From an uncultured Erysipelotrichaceae bacterium (GTDB lineage: Bacteria; Bacillota_I; Bacilli_A; RFN20; CAG-826), in contig ONFU01000014.1 in NCBI GenBank assembly GCA_900317165.1, forward strand, positions 1 to 58,100: a DNA stretch of 58,100 bases. The letters run 5' to 3'. Position 1 is the stretch's first letter; each line of letters opens with the position of its first letter. The notes under the pieces are model-generated. The model searched no databases, was not told the origin of the DNA, and was given only the letters and a program-made list of their open reading frames with translations. The position numbers and the translations under genes are program-made. This document shows, in pieces, positions 17,505 to 28,240 of this stretch.

Positions 17505-20078
17505 TTAGATTTTGGATAAGCGGGATTCGATTTCAGCGAGTTTGGCTTTATTCTCCTCTAACTTCTCTTGCTCGATCGCGACCTTCTCCTTCGGGGCCTT
17601 TGCTAAGAAGCCGGGGTTAGAAAGCATCTTCTCGCTTCTATTGATCTCGAAGAGGATCGCCTCCTTCTCCTTATTCAAAGAAGCAAGTAATTCATCCTTA
17701 TCGATATCAAGCTCAAGGAAGAGGGTCAGCCCGTTATAGACGAGGCTATCGCCCTTGCCTTCAGGAAGAACCTTTATTTCCTTAGCGAAAAGGAAACGAG
17801 TGAGGTAATCCTCGATGCCCTTGAATGGGGCTTTTGGGGATAAGGTCAAGGTCAAAGGCGCGTTAGGAGCCATCTTCTTGCTGGCCTTATAGGCGCGGAC
17901 ATCCTTGATCATCTTGGCTAGGAGCATGCCTTCTTTCTCCGCTTTCGGTGAATGGAAGGAAGCGATATATTGCGGATATGTTTCCTCCATGATCGAATCC
18001 TTATGGAAAGGAAGGGAAAGATAGAGCTCCTCACAGACGAATGGGGTATATGGATAAAGGAGAAGGATGATTTCCTTGATGACCTTATAAAGGACGTTTT
18101 TGACTTTGCTCGCCTTCTTCTCATCATTAAGGGAGACCTTGGACATCTCGAGGTAGAAAGAGCAGAAATCATCGTAGACGAAATCATAGAGGTATTCGCT
18201 AGCGGAGGCGAATTGATAGGATTCCATCTTGGATTCGACCTTCTTGATCGTGGATTCTAGACGCGAGAGGATAAATCTTTCGAGGGTATCGAGATCCTTG
18301 TAATCGAGTTTTTCCTCCTTGAAGTCTTCCCCAAGGACGCTTTCAACGTAACGGGTCGCGTTCCAAATCTTATTAAGATAGGCTTCGCTAGAGGCAAGCT
18401 TCTCGTCGCTATAACGCATGTCTAGCCCCGGGGTGCTATTCGTGGTGATGAAATAGCGAAGGGCATCGACGCCGTATTTCTCGATGACGTCGATCGGATC
18501 GATGCCGTTTCCTAGGGTCTTGCTCATCTTGCGGCCCTGCTCATCGCGGATAAGGCCATGGATAAGAACCTTCTTGAAGGGGGCCTTATCGGTGAAATGC
18601 TCGCCTTGGAAGATCATGCGGGAGACCCAGAAGAAGATGATGTCATAGCCCGTGACCAAACAGTCCGTCGGATAATACCTCTTGAAGTCGGGGGCTTCGG
18701 TATTGGGCCAGCCTAGGGTCGAGAAAGGCCAAAGGGCGCTAGAAAACCAGGTATCGAGGACATCCTCGTCTTGGGTATATAGATTCATGTCGGGTGCTTT
18801 TTCAGAGACCAGCACCTCTCCCGTTTCCTTATTGTAATAAGCAGGGATGCGGTGTCCCCACCAAAGCTGACGGGAGACGCACCAATCCTCGACGTTATTC
18901 ATCCACCTTAGGAGGACCTTCTCAAAACGGGCGGGGAAGAATTCGACCTTGTCCTTGCTCTTTTGTTGCTTCAAAACGCGTTCCGCAAGGGGCTTCATCT
19001 TGACGAACCATTGTTTGGATAACATCGGCTCAACGACCGCGTTGCTTCTTTCGGAATGGCCAACGGAATGGATAATATGCTCGATATGATCGAGATTTCC
19101 CGCTTCCTCGATATCCTTGACCAAGGCTTTGCGGCATTCGTATCTATCCATGCCTTGATATTTCCCGGCCTTCTCATTCATCTTCGCGCATTCATCGAGG
19201 CATTTGATGAAGGGGAAGTTATATTTCTTGCCCAAAAGGAAGTCATTTGGGTCATGGGCGGGTGTGCATTTCATCGCGCCCGTGCCGAAATCGATATCGA
19301 CGTATTCATCCGCCATGATCGGAAGAGGTTCCCCGTTAGCGGGGTTAATCGCTTTCTTCCCGATCAAATCGGAATAACGCTTGTCTTTGGGGTTAACGAA
19401 GATCGCCGTATCGCCAAACATCGTCTCCGGACGGGTGGTCGCGACGATAAGGACCTTATCAGAACCCTCCACGCGATATTTGAAATAATAGAATTCGCCG
19501 GGGTCATCGCTATGGATGACTTCGACGTTAGATAAAGCTGTGCGAAGTTCGGGGTCCCAGTTGATGATCTTCTCGCCTTGATAGATAAGGCCTTCGTTAT
19601 ATAGGGTCACGAAAACCTTCTTGACGGCCTCGCTTAATCCTTCGTCAAGGGTGAACCTTTCCCTGCTATAATCGACGGAAATGCCCACTTTGGCCCACTG
19701 CGTATGGATGAAATCCGCGTATTCCTTCTTCCATTCCCAGGCTTTCTCGAGGAATTTCTCCCTTCCTAAATCATAACGGGAAATGCCTTCTTTCCTTAGT
19801 CTTGCCTCGACTTTGGCTTGGGTTGCGATACCCGCATGGTCCATACCAGGGACATAAAGGACATCATAGCCCTTCATCCTCTTGTATCTAGCGATGATAT
19901 CCTGGGTGACCGTATCCATGACGTGGCCAAGATGGAGTTTGCCCGTGACGTTAGGTGGGGGGATAACGATGCAAAACGGGTCCTTGGATTTATCGCCCGC
20001 GAGGAAATAGCCCTTGTTCTTCCAATTCTCGTATTTTCCCTTTTCCACGAGATTATGGTCATAATGCTTATCTAACAT
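17505..20078 (-). CDS. valS: Valine--tRNA ligase
   Basis: PPPNVTGKLHLGH, DWCVSRQLWWGH, KMSKT, C-terminal coiled coil; start trimmed to MLDKHY. Confidence 0.97.
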   Translation of the reverse strand: MLDKHYDHNLVEKGKYENWKNKGYFLAGDKSKDPFCIVIPPPNVTGKLHLGHVMDTVTQDIIARYKRMKGYDVLYVPGMDHAGIATQAKVEARLRKEGISRYDLGREKFLEKAWEWKKEYADFIHTQWAKVGISVDYSRERFTLDEGLSEAVKKVFVTLYNEGLIYQGEKIINWDPELRTALSNVEVIHSDDPGEFYYFKYRVEGSDKVLIVATTRPETMFGDTAIFVNPKDKRYSDLIGKKAINPANGEPLPIMADEYVDIDFGTGAMKCTPAHDPNDFLLGKKYNFPFIKCLDECAKMNEKAGKYQGMDRYECRKALVKDIEEAGNLDHIEHIIHSVGHSERSNAVVEPMLSKQWFVKMKPLAERVLKQQKSKDKVEFFPARFEKVLLRWMNNVEDWCVSRQLWWGHRIPAYYNKETGEVLVSEKAPDMNLYTQDEDVLDTWFSSALWPFSTLGWPNTEAPDFKRYYPTDCLVTGYDIIFFWVSRMIFQGEHFTDKAPFKKVLIHGLIRDEQGRKMSKTLGNGIDPIDVIEKYGVDALRYFITTNSTPGLDMRYSDEKLASSEAYLNKIWNATRYVESVLGEDFKEEKLDYKDLDTLERFILSRLESTIKKVESKMESYQFASASEYLYDFVYDDFCSFYLEMSKVSLNDEKKASKVKNVLYKVIKEIILLLYPYTPFVCEELYLSLPFHKDSIMEETYPQYIASFHSPKAEKEGMLLAKMIKDVRAYKASKKMAPNAPLTLTLSPKAPFKGIEDYLTRFLFAKEIKVLPEGKGDSLVYNGLTLFLELDIDKDELLASLNKEKEAILFEINRSEKMLSNPGFLAKAPKEKVAIEQEKLEENKAKLAEIESRLSKI

Positions 20079-20094
20079 ATAGGTTTTCCTTTTT

Positions 20095-20305
20095 AAATAA
20101 AAAGGCCTCCTGAAACTTCCTTCAGGACGCCCAAGAAGACGCGGTACCACCTGAATTCCCCGATTGTTTGGGGCCCTTCATTGATTTTTGGCCTTTCCCT
20201 AAGCGACTCGAATCCCTTCTTCTTGCTTGCTAGGCTTCCACCGTCCCTAGCTCTCTATCTTACGCAAGAAGGGTGATTCTCCCTCCTAGATCATCAAGAC
20301 CGCGG
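20095..20305 (-). promoter_or_regulatory. T-box riboswitch (Val)
   Basis: GGTGGTACCGCG antiterminator, AGAGAG...GGTGGAA stem I motifs, candidate GUC specifier, terminator before valS; boundaries approximate. Confidence 0.85.
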
Positions 20306-20370
20306 ATATTATGCATGCAAAAGCCTTTTTTGATAACCCCCTATTTTATAGGCGAGAAAAAAAGCGACCC

Positions 20371-20940
20371 TTAGACGTAACTAAGGATCGCTTTGCGGAT
20401 TTTGTCGTTGGTTTTCCCGCTTAACTCGCTCTCGATATAGAGATCGAAGCCGTTATCCTTGGCGATTTTCCTCGCCTTGGCCTTTTCGGATTGGTTCATC
20501 CTATCGGTCTTGGTGAGGATCGCGATGATCGGTTTGCCCGAAGCGCGGAGATATTGGAAGAAGGCCTTATCGTCTTCGCCAGGATCCCTACGGAAATCAA
20601 GCAGGAGGCAGATGGCCTTAAGGTCAGGTCGCTTCAGCCCTTCCTCCATCATCTTTGAGAAATGGATCGTCGACATCGTCGCATAGGAGGTCGAGCCATA
20701 TCCTGGCGAATCAAGAAGATAGAAGGTATCGTCGATGAGGAAATAATTGAGCAATTTGGTCTTCCCGGCCTTCTTGGAGGAAAAAGCGAGGTTTTGGCCG
20801 ATTAAGCCATTGATAAGCGTGCTTTTGCCGACGTTGGAACGGCCGACCATCAGGATGATCGGCAGTTCTTTTTCCAAGTGGCGGGTGAAACTATCCGCGG
20901 AGGTGACAAACCTCACCTTGCGGAAATTGACGTCTTTCAT
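20371..20940 (-). CDS. engB: Ribosome biogenesis GTPase YsxC/EngB
   Basis: GRSNVGKSTLIN, GKT, DSPGYG, TKTD. Confidence 0.93.
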   Translation of the reverse strand: MKDVNFRKVRFVTSADSFTRHLEKELPIILMVGRSNVGKSTLINGLIGQNLAFSSKKAGKTKLLNYFLIDDTFYLLDSPGYGSTSYATMSTIHFSKMMEEGLKRPDLKAICLLLDFRRDPGEDDKAFFQYLRASGKPIIAILTKTDRMNQSEKAKARKIAKDNGFDLYIESELSGKTNDKIRKAILSYV

Positions 20941-20942
20941 CT

Positions 20943-23276
20943 TTACCCCCTTACGAAGGCGAATTCGACCGCGTCATCAACGCATTTCATGTATTTGATG
21001 GTGAGGCCTTTCTTCACTTCCTCCGGGAGCTCTTCGACGTCTTTGCGATTATCGTAAGGGACCATGATGGCCTTGATGCCGCTTCTCATGGCCGCGAGCG
21101 ATTTCTCGCGAAGCCCGCCGATTGGGAGGGCTTTGCCGCGAAGGGTGACTTCCCCGGTCATCGCGATATCGCTAGATACCGGGACGTTGGAGAGGCAAGA
21201 GATAAGGGCGACCGTAAGGGCAACGCCGGCGGATGGCCCATCTTTTGGGACCGCGCCTTCAGGGATATGGATATGGATGTCGTTAGATTGGAAGATCGCG
21301 TCATCGATATCGTATTTCTTGGAATTGGCCCTGACGAAATCGAGGGCGATCGAGGCGCTTTCCTTCATGACGTCGCCTAGTCTTCCCGTTAGGACAAGTC
21401 CGCCCTTTCCAGGGAAATAGGTGACCTCAATCGGGAGGATATCGCCGCCGAAATCGGTATAGGCGAGGCCCGTGACGACGCCGATTTGGTTCTCCTTCTC
21501 TTTCTTCGTGCCCTCGAATAGTTCGACGCCGAGGTATTCGATTGCCTTCTTCGCGTCGACTTTAATTGGACGGGGCAGGGATTCGTTGGAAAGAAGTTCG
21601 ACGACCGCCTTACGGCAAATCGAGGCAATCGTCCTTTCGAGTTGACGGACGCCCGCTTCCATCGTGTAATGCTCGATGATTTCGGGGAGGGAATCATCCT
21701 CAAAGAGGATATCGCCTTCCTTCAAGCCATTGGCCTTCGTCTGCTTATTGATAAGGAAGCCCGTCGCGATCTTGATCTTCTCAATTTCCGTATAGGAAGG
21801 GACCTCGATTAATTCAAGACGGTCGCGAAGGGGTCCTGGGACCGCGGAGATATCGTTCGCGGTGCAGATGAACAAGACGTTGCTTAAGTCATAGGGCTCT
21901 TCGAGGTAATTGTCGTTGAAGGCGAAATTCTGCTCGGGGTCAAGGACTTCGAGGAGGGCGCTAGAAGGGTCGCCGCGATAATTGGATCCGCCGACCTTAT
22001 CAATTTCGTCGAGGAGGAAGACGGGATTCACGGTGCCGGCCTTGCTCATGCCGTGGATGATGCGTCCTGGCAAAGAGCCGACGTAGGTGCGGCGGTGTCC
22101 CCTAATCTCCGCTTCATCGGAGATGCCTCCTAAGGAAGCCTTGAAGAATTTACGGCCAAGAGCCCTCGCGATCGACCTTGCGAGCGAGGTTTTGCCGCAT
22201 CCTGGGGGGCCATAGAAGCAAAGTATTGGGGCTTTGAGGTTGCCCGTCATCTTCTTGACGGCAAGATATTCGATGATGCGCTTCTTGACTTTCTCCAAGC
22301 CATAATGGTCTTCGTCTAGGACCTTCCTCACGTTATCGAGGGATTCGTTATCCTCGGTTTTCTCAAACCAAGGGACCCCCATAAGGGTCTCGATGTAATT
22401 CATGATGAGGGAGGATTCAAGGGAGGATTCCGGCATCAATTCATAACGCTTGAGCTCCTTCTCGACGCGCTTTTTGATATTCTCGGGATAGGGGTTCTTC
22501 GTTAATTTCTCCCTGATGTTTTCGGGGGAAGAGGAGGAATCGGTATCCTCTCCTAATTCCTCCTTGATGGCCTTCATCTTTTCGCGAAGATAATATTCCT
22601 TCTGGGCCTTTTCGCTAGATTCCCTGACTTTTTCGTTGAGGTTATTCTCGACCTCGCTCATGCCCTTGAGGTCATTGATGAAACCTAAAAGCAAGGAGAG
22701 GCGGTTATTGAGGTTAGTCTCCTCCAAGATCTTCTGCTTTTGTTCGATGGTTAGGCCAAAATAGGAGGCGATCGCATCGGGGAGGTCATCGCTAGAGGTG
22801 CCGTTGCGGAGAGTTTGGATGACCGAATGGGGAAGGGAGGTATTGAAGCCCGGGGTCCCCGTAATGACGTCGACAAGCGATTTGGAGAGCTTCATCTCCT
22901 CCTCTTTGCCTCCGCGGGTCGATTCGAGGAGTTCGCCGGTCGCGTAGCAGCCGTTTTCGTTCATGGAGACATCGAAAAGGCGGGCGCGTTTGCTACCGAC
23001 GACCCTGATGCGGATCTTTTCGCCCATCGGGGCGTAAGAGACGATGCGGCACATCGTGCCGATAGCGTAGATATCGTCTTTGTTGGGGTTATCCACTTTG
23101 GCGTCGCGCTGGGTGACTATGAAGATGAGGTTATTGGTTTCCTTCTTGGCCTTTTCGACCGAGACGACCGAGAAAGGACGGGCGACTTCGATCTCTTCGG
23201 ACATATTGGGGAAGACGACAAGGGCTCTTGTCACCAATAATGGGAGGGCGATGGTGGTGCTTTCGGCAGGGGTCAT
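20943..23276 (-). CDS. lon: Endopeptidase La
   Basis: DHYGL, GPPGCGKTS, PKDGPSAG, IGGLREK. Confidence 0.97.
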   Translation of the reverse strand: MTPAESTTIALPLLVTRALVVFPNMSEEIEVARPFSVVSVEKAKKETNNLIFIVTQRDAKVDNPNKDDIYAIGTMCRIVSYAPMGEKIRIRVVGSKRARLFDVSMNENGCYATGELLESTRGGKEEEMKLSKSLVDVITGTPGFNTSLPHSVIQTLRNGTSSDDLPDAIASYFGLTIEQKQKILEETNLNNRLSLLLGFINDLKGMSEVENNLNEKVRESSEKAQKEYYLREKMKAIKEELGEDTDSSSSPENIREKLTKNPYPENIKKRVEKELKRYELMPESSLESSLIMNYIETLMGVPWFEKTEDNESLDNVRKVLDEDHYGLEKVKKRIIEYLAVKKMTGNLKAPILCFYGPPGCGKTSLARSIARALGRKFFKASLGGISDEAEIRGHRRTYVGSLPGRIIHGMSKAGTVNPVFLLDEIDKVGGSNYRGDPSSALLEVLDPEQNFAFNDNYLEEPYDLSNVLFICTANDISAVPGPLRDRLELIEVPSYTEIEKIKIATGFLINKQTKANGLKEGDILFEDDSLPEIIEHYTMEAGVRQLERTIASICRKAVVELLSNESLPRPIKVDAKKAIEYLGVELFEGTKKEKENQIGVVTGLAYTDFGGDILPIEVTYFPGKGGLVLTGRLGDVMKESASIALDFVRANSKKYDIDDAIFQSNDIHIHIPEGAVPKDGPSAGVALTVALISCLSNVPVSSDIAMTGEVTLRGKALPIGGLREKSLAAMRSGIKAIMVPYDNRKDVEELPEEVKKGLTIKYMKCVDDAVEFAFVRG

Positions 23277-23324
23277 GGACTTCTCCTTTCCTTATTATTT
23301 ATATATAGGGGTTGTTACCGATAT

Positions 23325-23351
23325 TTGGCACTCTAGAATGTTGAGTGCTAG
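23325..23351. promoter_or_regulatory. CIRCE element (HrcA operator) 1
   Basis: TTGGCACTC-N9-GAGTGCTAG vs consensus TTAGCACTC-N9-GAGTGCTAA. Confidence 0.88.
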
Positions 23352-23370
23352 ACAAATTATAAAGAGGTCG

Positions 23371-23397
23371 CTGGCACTGTCAAGCCTTAAGTGCCAA
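23371..23397. promoter_or_regulatory. CIRCE element 2 (degenerate)
   Basis: CTGGCACTG-N9-AAGTGCCAA. Confidence 0.7.
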
Positions 23398-23451
23398 AAT
23401 CGGCACGGGACAATGCTACGACCTCCTTATGATTGAAATGCTTAAGCCGGA

Positions 23452-24885
23452 TTATTCAGCGGCTTTTTTGGCGGGAGCCTTCTTGGCCGCGGGTTTCTTC
23501 GCGGCTGGTTTAGCTTCCTTTTTCTCCTCTTTGGCCTCTTCCTTTGGGGCTTCTGGTTTCTTTGCTGGAGCCTTCTTGGCCGCGGGCTTTTCCGCCTTGG
23601 GGGCGGCTTTCGCGGGGTTCTTCTCGAGGAGGAATCTGGTTAGTTTGTTGTTGCGGATCTGGGAACGGATGGATTCGAGGTTATCGCCAAGAGCCTTCCT
23701 GACGGCCTCGACGTCCATATGGTATTGGTCGCCGATCCTCGCGAGTTCGAGGTCGATTTCCTCTTGAGTGGCCTCGATCTTCTCTTTGGCCATGAGGGTC
23801 TCGATGACGAAATAATGGCGGAGGTTCCTCTCGGCTTCCTTCTTTTGATTCTCGAGTTGCTCGGCTTCGGTGGAACCGGTGATCTCGAGGTATTGCTGGA
23901 AGGTAAGGCCGTTATCTTCAATCTGATGGCGTAATTTATCAAGAGCGGCAGCGCCTTCTTTCTCGACGACCATCGAGGGGATGGTGATCTCCGCGTTATC
24001 GACGATTTGGTCGATGATCGCGTTGAGGTAGGTCTGCTCAATCGCGTTGACTTTCCTCTGGAGGAGGTCTTTCTTGACGAATTCCTTGAGTTCGTCGACG
24101 GTTTTGACGTCGGCGATATTGAGGTCGAGGACCGCTTCATCGGAAAGGGAGGGAACCCTCTTCTCCTTGACTTCGTGGAGAGTGCATTTGAAGGTCGCTG
24201 GTTTGCCTGCAAGAGAAGCGACATATTGCTCTGGGAAGACGATGTTGACGTCTTTTTCTTCGCCTGGCTTAACCCCGACGAGGGCATCTTCGAAGCCTGG
24301 GACGAAGGAATTGGAACCAAGGAGCAATTCGTAATTATCGGCAGAGCCGCCTTCGAATTCCTTATCGTCGACAAAGCCTTTGAAATCGAGGATGACGGTA
24401 TCGCCAAGTTTGGCGGCGCGTTCGACGGAGACGAGGTCCGCGGCCTGCTCGAGGCGGTTTTGGATATCCTTTTCGATTTCCTCTTCATTGACGGAGGCCC
24501 CTGGCTTTTCGGCGGTTAATCCCGTATAGGCGCCTAATTTGACGCGTGGGGATTCCGTGAATTTATAGACAAGGGTAAGGGTCTTATCGGTGAGGCTTTC
24601 AACATCGACATCAGGACGGGTGAACGGGGAGATGCGTTCTTGTTGGAGAGCCTGGGCATAGACCGGATTGGCGACGTCTTCGAGGGCCTGTTGGACGACT
24701 TGGGAGTCGGAGATGTATTTCCTGGCCATGCTTTCGGGGACGTGGCCTTTGCGGAAGCCCTTGATCGAGATGTTCTTCGCGAGTTTGGAGAAGGCGCGTT
24801 TTTGGGCCTCACTCCAGATGTCGGAATCGACTTCGACCTTGAGGACGACCTTGCAGTCCTCCAGACGTTTCACTTCAGTTTTCAT
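23452..24885 (-). CDS. tig: Trigger factor with Ala/Lys/Pro-rich C-terminal tail
   Basis: KGFRKGHVP ribosome-binding motif; FKBP domain (FEGG...LGSNSFVPGFE). Confidence 0.96.
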   Translation of the reverse strand: MKTEVKRLEDCKVVLKVEVDSDIWSEAQKRAFSKLAKNISIKGFRKGHVPESMARKYISDSQVVQQALEDVANPVYAQALQQERISPFTRPDVDVESLTDKTLTLVYKFTESPRVKLGAYTGLTAEKPGASVNEEEIEKDIQNRLEQAADLVSVERAAKLGDTVILDFKGFVDDKEFEGGSADNYELLLGSNSFVPGFEDALVGVKPGEEKDVNIVFPEQYVASLAGKPATFKCTLHEVKEKRVPSLSDEAVLDLNIADVKTVDELKEFVKKDLLQRKVNAIEQTYLNAIIDQIVDNAEITIPSMVVEKEGAAALDKLRHQIEDNGLTFQQYLEITGSTEAEQLENQKKEAERNLRHYFVIETLMAKEKIEATQEEIDLELARIGDQYHMDVEAVRKALGDNLESIRSQIRNNKLTRFLLEKNPAKAAPKAEKPAAKKAPAKKPEAPKEEAKEEKKEAKPAAKKPAAKKAPAKKAAE

Positions 24886-25056
24886 TTGTTCTACTACCTC
24901 TAAATTGAATGGTTTTGACTGGAGGGAGGTAACCCCTCCGTCTTCAGCGTGGAATAGTCTAAACTATCTTTAGATAGCCCTGCAACAACTATTTTTGTCT
25001 TTTCAATAGAAAAAGGCCAAATGAAGGCCTTGAATCGAAGGTTTTGGGTTAGTCCT

Positions 25057-25798
25057 TTAGGACTTGTGGATGCCCCCTTTTGGGGAATAGCATTCATCGA
25101 AGACGAGCTCGTAAACCCTCTTGAAAAGCTCTTCCTCCTCCTCGTTAGAAAAGGCGAATTCCTGCCTTAAGCAAAGAGCGGAAACTTGGAGGATCGCTTT
25201 CTCCAAGGATTCGCGTTTAGCAAGGGAGAAGACATCGGACAAAGGGCATTTTCGTATTCTTAGGCACTATCTTATATATTATGCCATTTTTCTTGAGATA
25301 GACCTCTTTATCATACTTTCTCTCAATGAGGAGGATGAGTCCGCCCGTCTTGGTTTTGCCGTCTCTTTTAATATCTTCGACTAGGGAAACCGCGAAAGGA
25401 ATCGCGTATGGGGAATTGCAGAAATCCTTGTCTTGGAGATAGGAGGAAATCAGTTCGTCCGAAAGGGATTCGGAATAGGGCAGATACCCTTTGACCCTGT
25501 TCCTGGAATAGAAGGATTTCATCTCGTCCTTGATATGCTTTTTCATATCGCGGAGGGTCTCTTCGGTCTGCTGATTCACATAGGGGAAATTCTCAAGTTC
25601 CTCTAAGGTCTTTTCCGCCAAATCGAAATCCACCTGCTCAATCGCGAGTTGGACGAGGAGAGTTATCGTATAGGGGGCATCGTAATCGAAGAGGTCGTTA
25701 CGGTTCGCGTAAGCCGTATCATAGGCTCCTTTTATATCATCTTTATCAAGGCGTTCGTCGATTGAGGCGACTATTCGTTCGAATTCTTTTTTGCTCAT
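25057..25798 (-). pseudogene. Hypothetical (DUF3196-like) gene split by a frame change near 25240
   Basis: ORF 25217-25798 ends abruptly (MPFVRCLLPC*) while a protein-like overlapping frame 25057-25242 with no RBS continues; family call tentative. Confidence 0.5.
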
Positions 25799-25889
25799 AA
25801 ATAAAAATCTACTCTTCCAGCCTCCTTTCTTCAAGTTTCCCATAAACCCGGGATTAAGGTAAAATTAAGGGCAGGAGACATAGCCGAAT

Positions 25890-26267
25890 ATGGAAGAAGA
25901 AAAGAAAAACGAGGCCGAAGAGGTCATTGAGAACACGATCGTTTTGCAAGATGAAAACGGGAAGAACATGGAATTCATCCTCGTCGCGAGGATCGCTCTC
26001 CATGGAGGGAACTACCTTCTCCTCCATCCCAATTTTCCCCTTGAAGGTTTGAAGGATAACGAACTTATGGCCTTTGAGGAAAAAGAAGGCGAAGGGGATG
26101 AGATAAGTTACTCCCTAGTGATGGACGAGGACGTCATCGCCGCCTTATCAATCGCCTATCGTTTTCGCATATTTCGGGGAGGAGGTTTCTCTTTCCCTTT
26201 TCTTTTGGAAAAAAGCGAACGAAAATCAATTAAATCGCTTTATTTTAATAAAGGGATTAGCCTATAA
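25890..26267 (+). CDS. DUF1292-like acidic protein; C-terminus suspect
   Basis: TIVLQDENGKNMEF...GGNYLLLHP pattern; the last ~35 aa run into the gap promoter region. Confidence 0.6.
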   Translation: MEEEKKNEAEEVIENTIVLQDENGKNMEFILVARIALHGGNYLLLHPNFPLEGLKDNELMAFEEKEGEGDEISYSLVMDEDVIAALSIAYRFRIFRGGGFSFPFLLEKSERKSIKSLYFNKGISL

Positions 26268-26305
26268 TTATGCCGCACTTGAAAATTAAGGAGGACATAA
26301 AATAA

Positions 26306-27376
26306 ATGTCAGTCAGAGTTGCAATTAACGGATTCGGTCGCATCGGCCGCCTCGCCTTCCGCCAAATGTTCGGCGCCAAGGGTTATGAAATCGTCGCTAT
26401 CAACGACCTCACCAGCCCGAAGATGCTCGCGAACCTCTTGAAGTACGATACCGCCCAAGGTGGTTATTGCGGAGTCATCGGCGAGAATCTCCACACCGTT
26501 TCCTCCAAGGAACCAGAACTTGCCGAAGATGGCAAGACCGTCCTCGTCCCAGGCTCCATCACCGTCGATGGCAAGGAAATCACCATCTACGCGATGCCAA
26601 AGGCCGAAGATCTCCCATGGGGTAAATTAGGCGTCGATGTCGTCCTCGAATGCACCGGTTTCTATACCTCCAAGGAAAAAGCCATGGCCCACGTCCGCGC
26701 TGGTGCCAAGAAGGTCGTTATCTCCGCTCCTGCCGGAAAAGACCTCAAGACTATCGTCTTCTCCGTCAACGAGAAGACCCTCGATAAGGATGACCAAGTC
26801 ATCTCCGCGGCTAGCTGCACCACCAACTGCCTCGCCCCGATGGCCAAAGCCCTTAACGATGCCTTCCCAATCCAGTCCGGCATCATGACCACCGTCCACG
26901 CCTACACCGGCGACCAGATGATCCTCGATGGCCCACATCGCAAAGGCGATCTCCGCCGTGCCCGCGCTGGCGCCGCGAACATCGTTCCAAATAGCACCGG
27001 TGCCGCCAAAGCCATCGGTCTAGTCATCCCTGAGCTCAACGGCAAACTCATCGGTTCCGCTCAGCGTGTCCCAGTTCCAACTGGTTCCACCACGATCCTC
27101 GTCGCGGTTGTCAAAGGCAACGACGTCACCCCAGAAGCCATCAATGCCGCTATGAAGGCCCAGGCCTCTGAGTCCTTCGGCTATTCCGAAGATCAGCTCG
27201 TCTCCAGCGACGTCATCGGTATGCGTTATGGCTCCCTCTTCGATGCCACCCAGACCATGGTCACCAAGATTGAAGACGGCCTCTTCCAGGTCCAAGTCGT
27301 CGCTTGGTATGACAACGAGAACTCCTACACCTCTCAGATGGTCCGTACCATCAAGTACTTCGCTGAACTCGCCTAA
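26306..27376 (+). CDS. gap: Type I glyceraldehyde-3-phosphate dehydrogenase
   Basis: [24 protein letters not shown]. Confidence 0.98.
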   Translation: MSVRVAINGFGRIGRLAFRQMFGAKGYEIVAINDLTSPKMLANLLKYDTAQGGYCGVIGENLHTVSSKEPELAEDGKTVLVPGSITVDGKEITIYAMPKAEDLPWGKLGVDVVLECTGFYTSKEKAMAHVRAGAKKVVISAPAGKDLKTIVFSVNEKTLDKDDQVISAASCTTNCLAPMAKALNDAFPIQSGIMTTVHAYTGDQMILDGPHRKGDLRRARAGAANIVPNSTGAAKAIGLVIPELNGKLIGSAQRVPVPTGSTTILVAVVKGNDVTPEAINAAMKAQASESFGYSEDQLVSSDVIGMRYGSLFDATQTMVTKIEDGLFQVQVVAWYDNENSYTSQMVRTIKYFAELA

Positions 27377-27396
27377 TCGAATTCAAACAAGACTCT

Positions 27397-27424
27397 AAAA
27401 GTGCCCTTCGCTGGGCACTTTTTT
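27397..27424 (+). terminator. Intrinsic terminator after gap
   Basis: aaaagtgccc-ttcgct-gggcactttttt. Confidence 0.8.
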
Positions 27425-27481
27425 ATCGTCCTTCTATCGGCTTGTTTTGGAGTATAATCAAAAGGAACGAAAGGCAAGGCA

Positions 27482-28240
27482 ATGGAAAGAAAACGTCAGA
27501 TCCTCGATTATTTGATCAACCTATCATTCATCCTCTATTTTTTGATCCTCTTCACCGAGAGGGTTATTTCGGTAGTTCTCTCTCTTGTTAACGGATTCAA
27601 TCCCTTTGGGACGATATTCGATGGTTATGTCTACGGCTTGACTTTCCTCTCCCTTACGGCCTTCCTTGTTTATCTATTGGTATTCTGCCGTCCAGCCTTG
27701 AAGGGCATTTTCTCTTTGAAGGAAAACGATCAGCCCGTCCATCATCTTATATTCGCGAGTGGAATTATCCTCCTTTCCGGGATGGTCCATACCGAATACA
27801 CGATCCCGGTCGTCCAATTCATCTCCTATGGCATATTGATCATCGGGTTAGTCTTGCAGACTATCCTCAATTTGGAGAAAAGCCAGAATAAGGTTTTGTC
27901 TTGGCTTTCCCTTATTTACCTCGTCGTTTTCTCAATGGCGATCCCCGTGATGTATCGTTCCGCGATCGAGCTCCATGTCGCCTTCCACCTTCTTGAAGGG
28001 ATGGCTTCGTTTATCTTGGTCATCACCTTCGTATATCTCCTTATGCTTCTTTTCGCTTCACATAACGATTTGTTCTCCTTACTCAGCGTGGCCCTCGTCA
28101 TCCTTTTCGATGTCCCGATCCTCATCATGAGATGGGAAGAAGAAATCAATTACTTCCTTCTTATATTCACGATTGGCACCGCGGCGTTATTCATCGCAGG
28201 TTTCCTCTATTCCTTAATTTCTAAAAGGAAAAAACAATAA
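27482..28240 (+). CDS. Polytopic membrane protein, unknown function
   Basis: About 8 hydrophobic segments. Confidence 0.75.
   Translation: MERKRQILDYLINLSFILYFLILFTERVISVVLSLVNGFNPFGTIFDGYVYGLTFLSLTAFLVYLLVFCRPALKGIFSLKENDQPVHHLIFASGIILLSGMVHTEYTIPVVQFISYGILIIGLVLQTILNLEKSQNKVLSWLSLIYLVVFSMAIPVMYRSAIELHVAFHLLEGMASFILVITFVYLLMLLFASHNDLFSLLSVALVILFDVPILIMRWEEEINYFLLIFTIGTAALFIAGFLYSLISKRKKQ

Noticed and set aside
23429..24973. Long alternative-frame and antisense ORFs over tig (similar ones over fba, gap, ftsZ, lon)
   Set aside because: Shadow ORFs caused by strong codon bias in highly expressed genes; no RBS or recognisable motifs.
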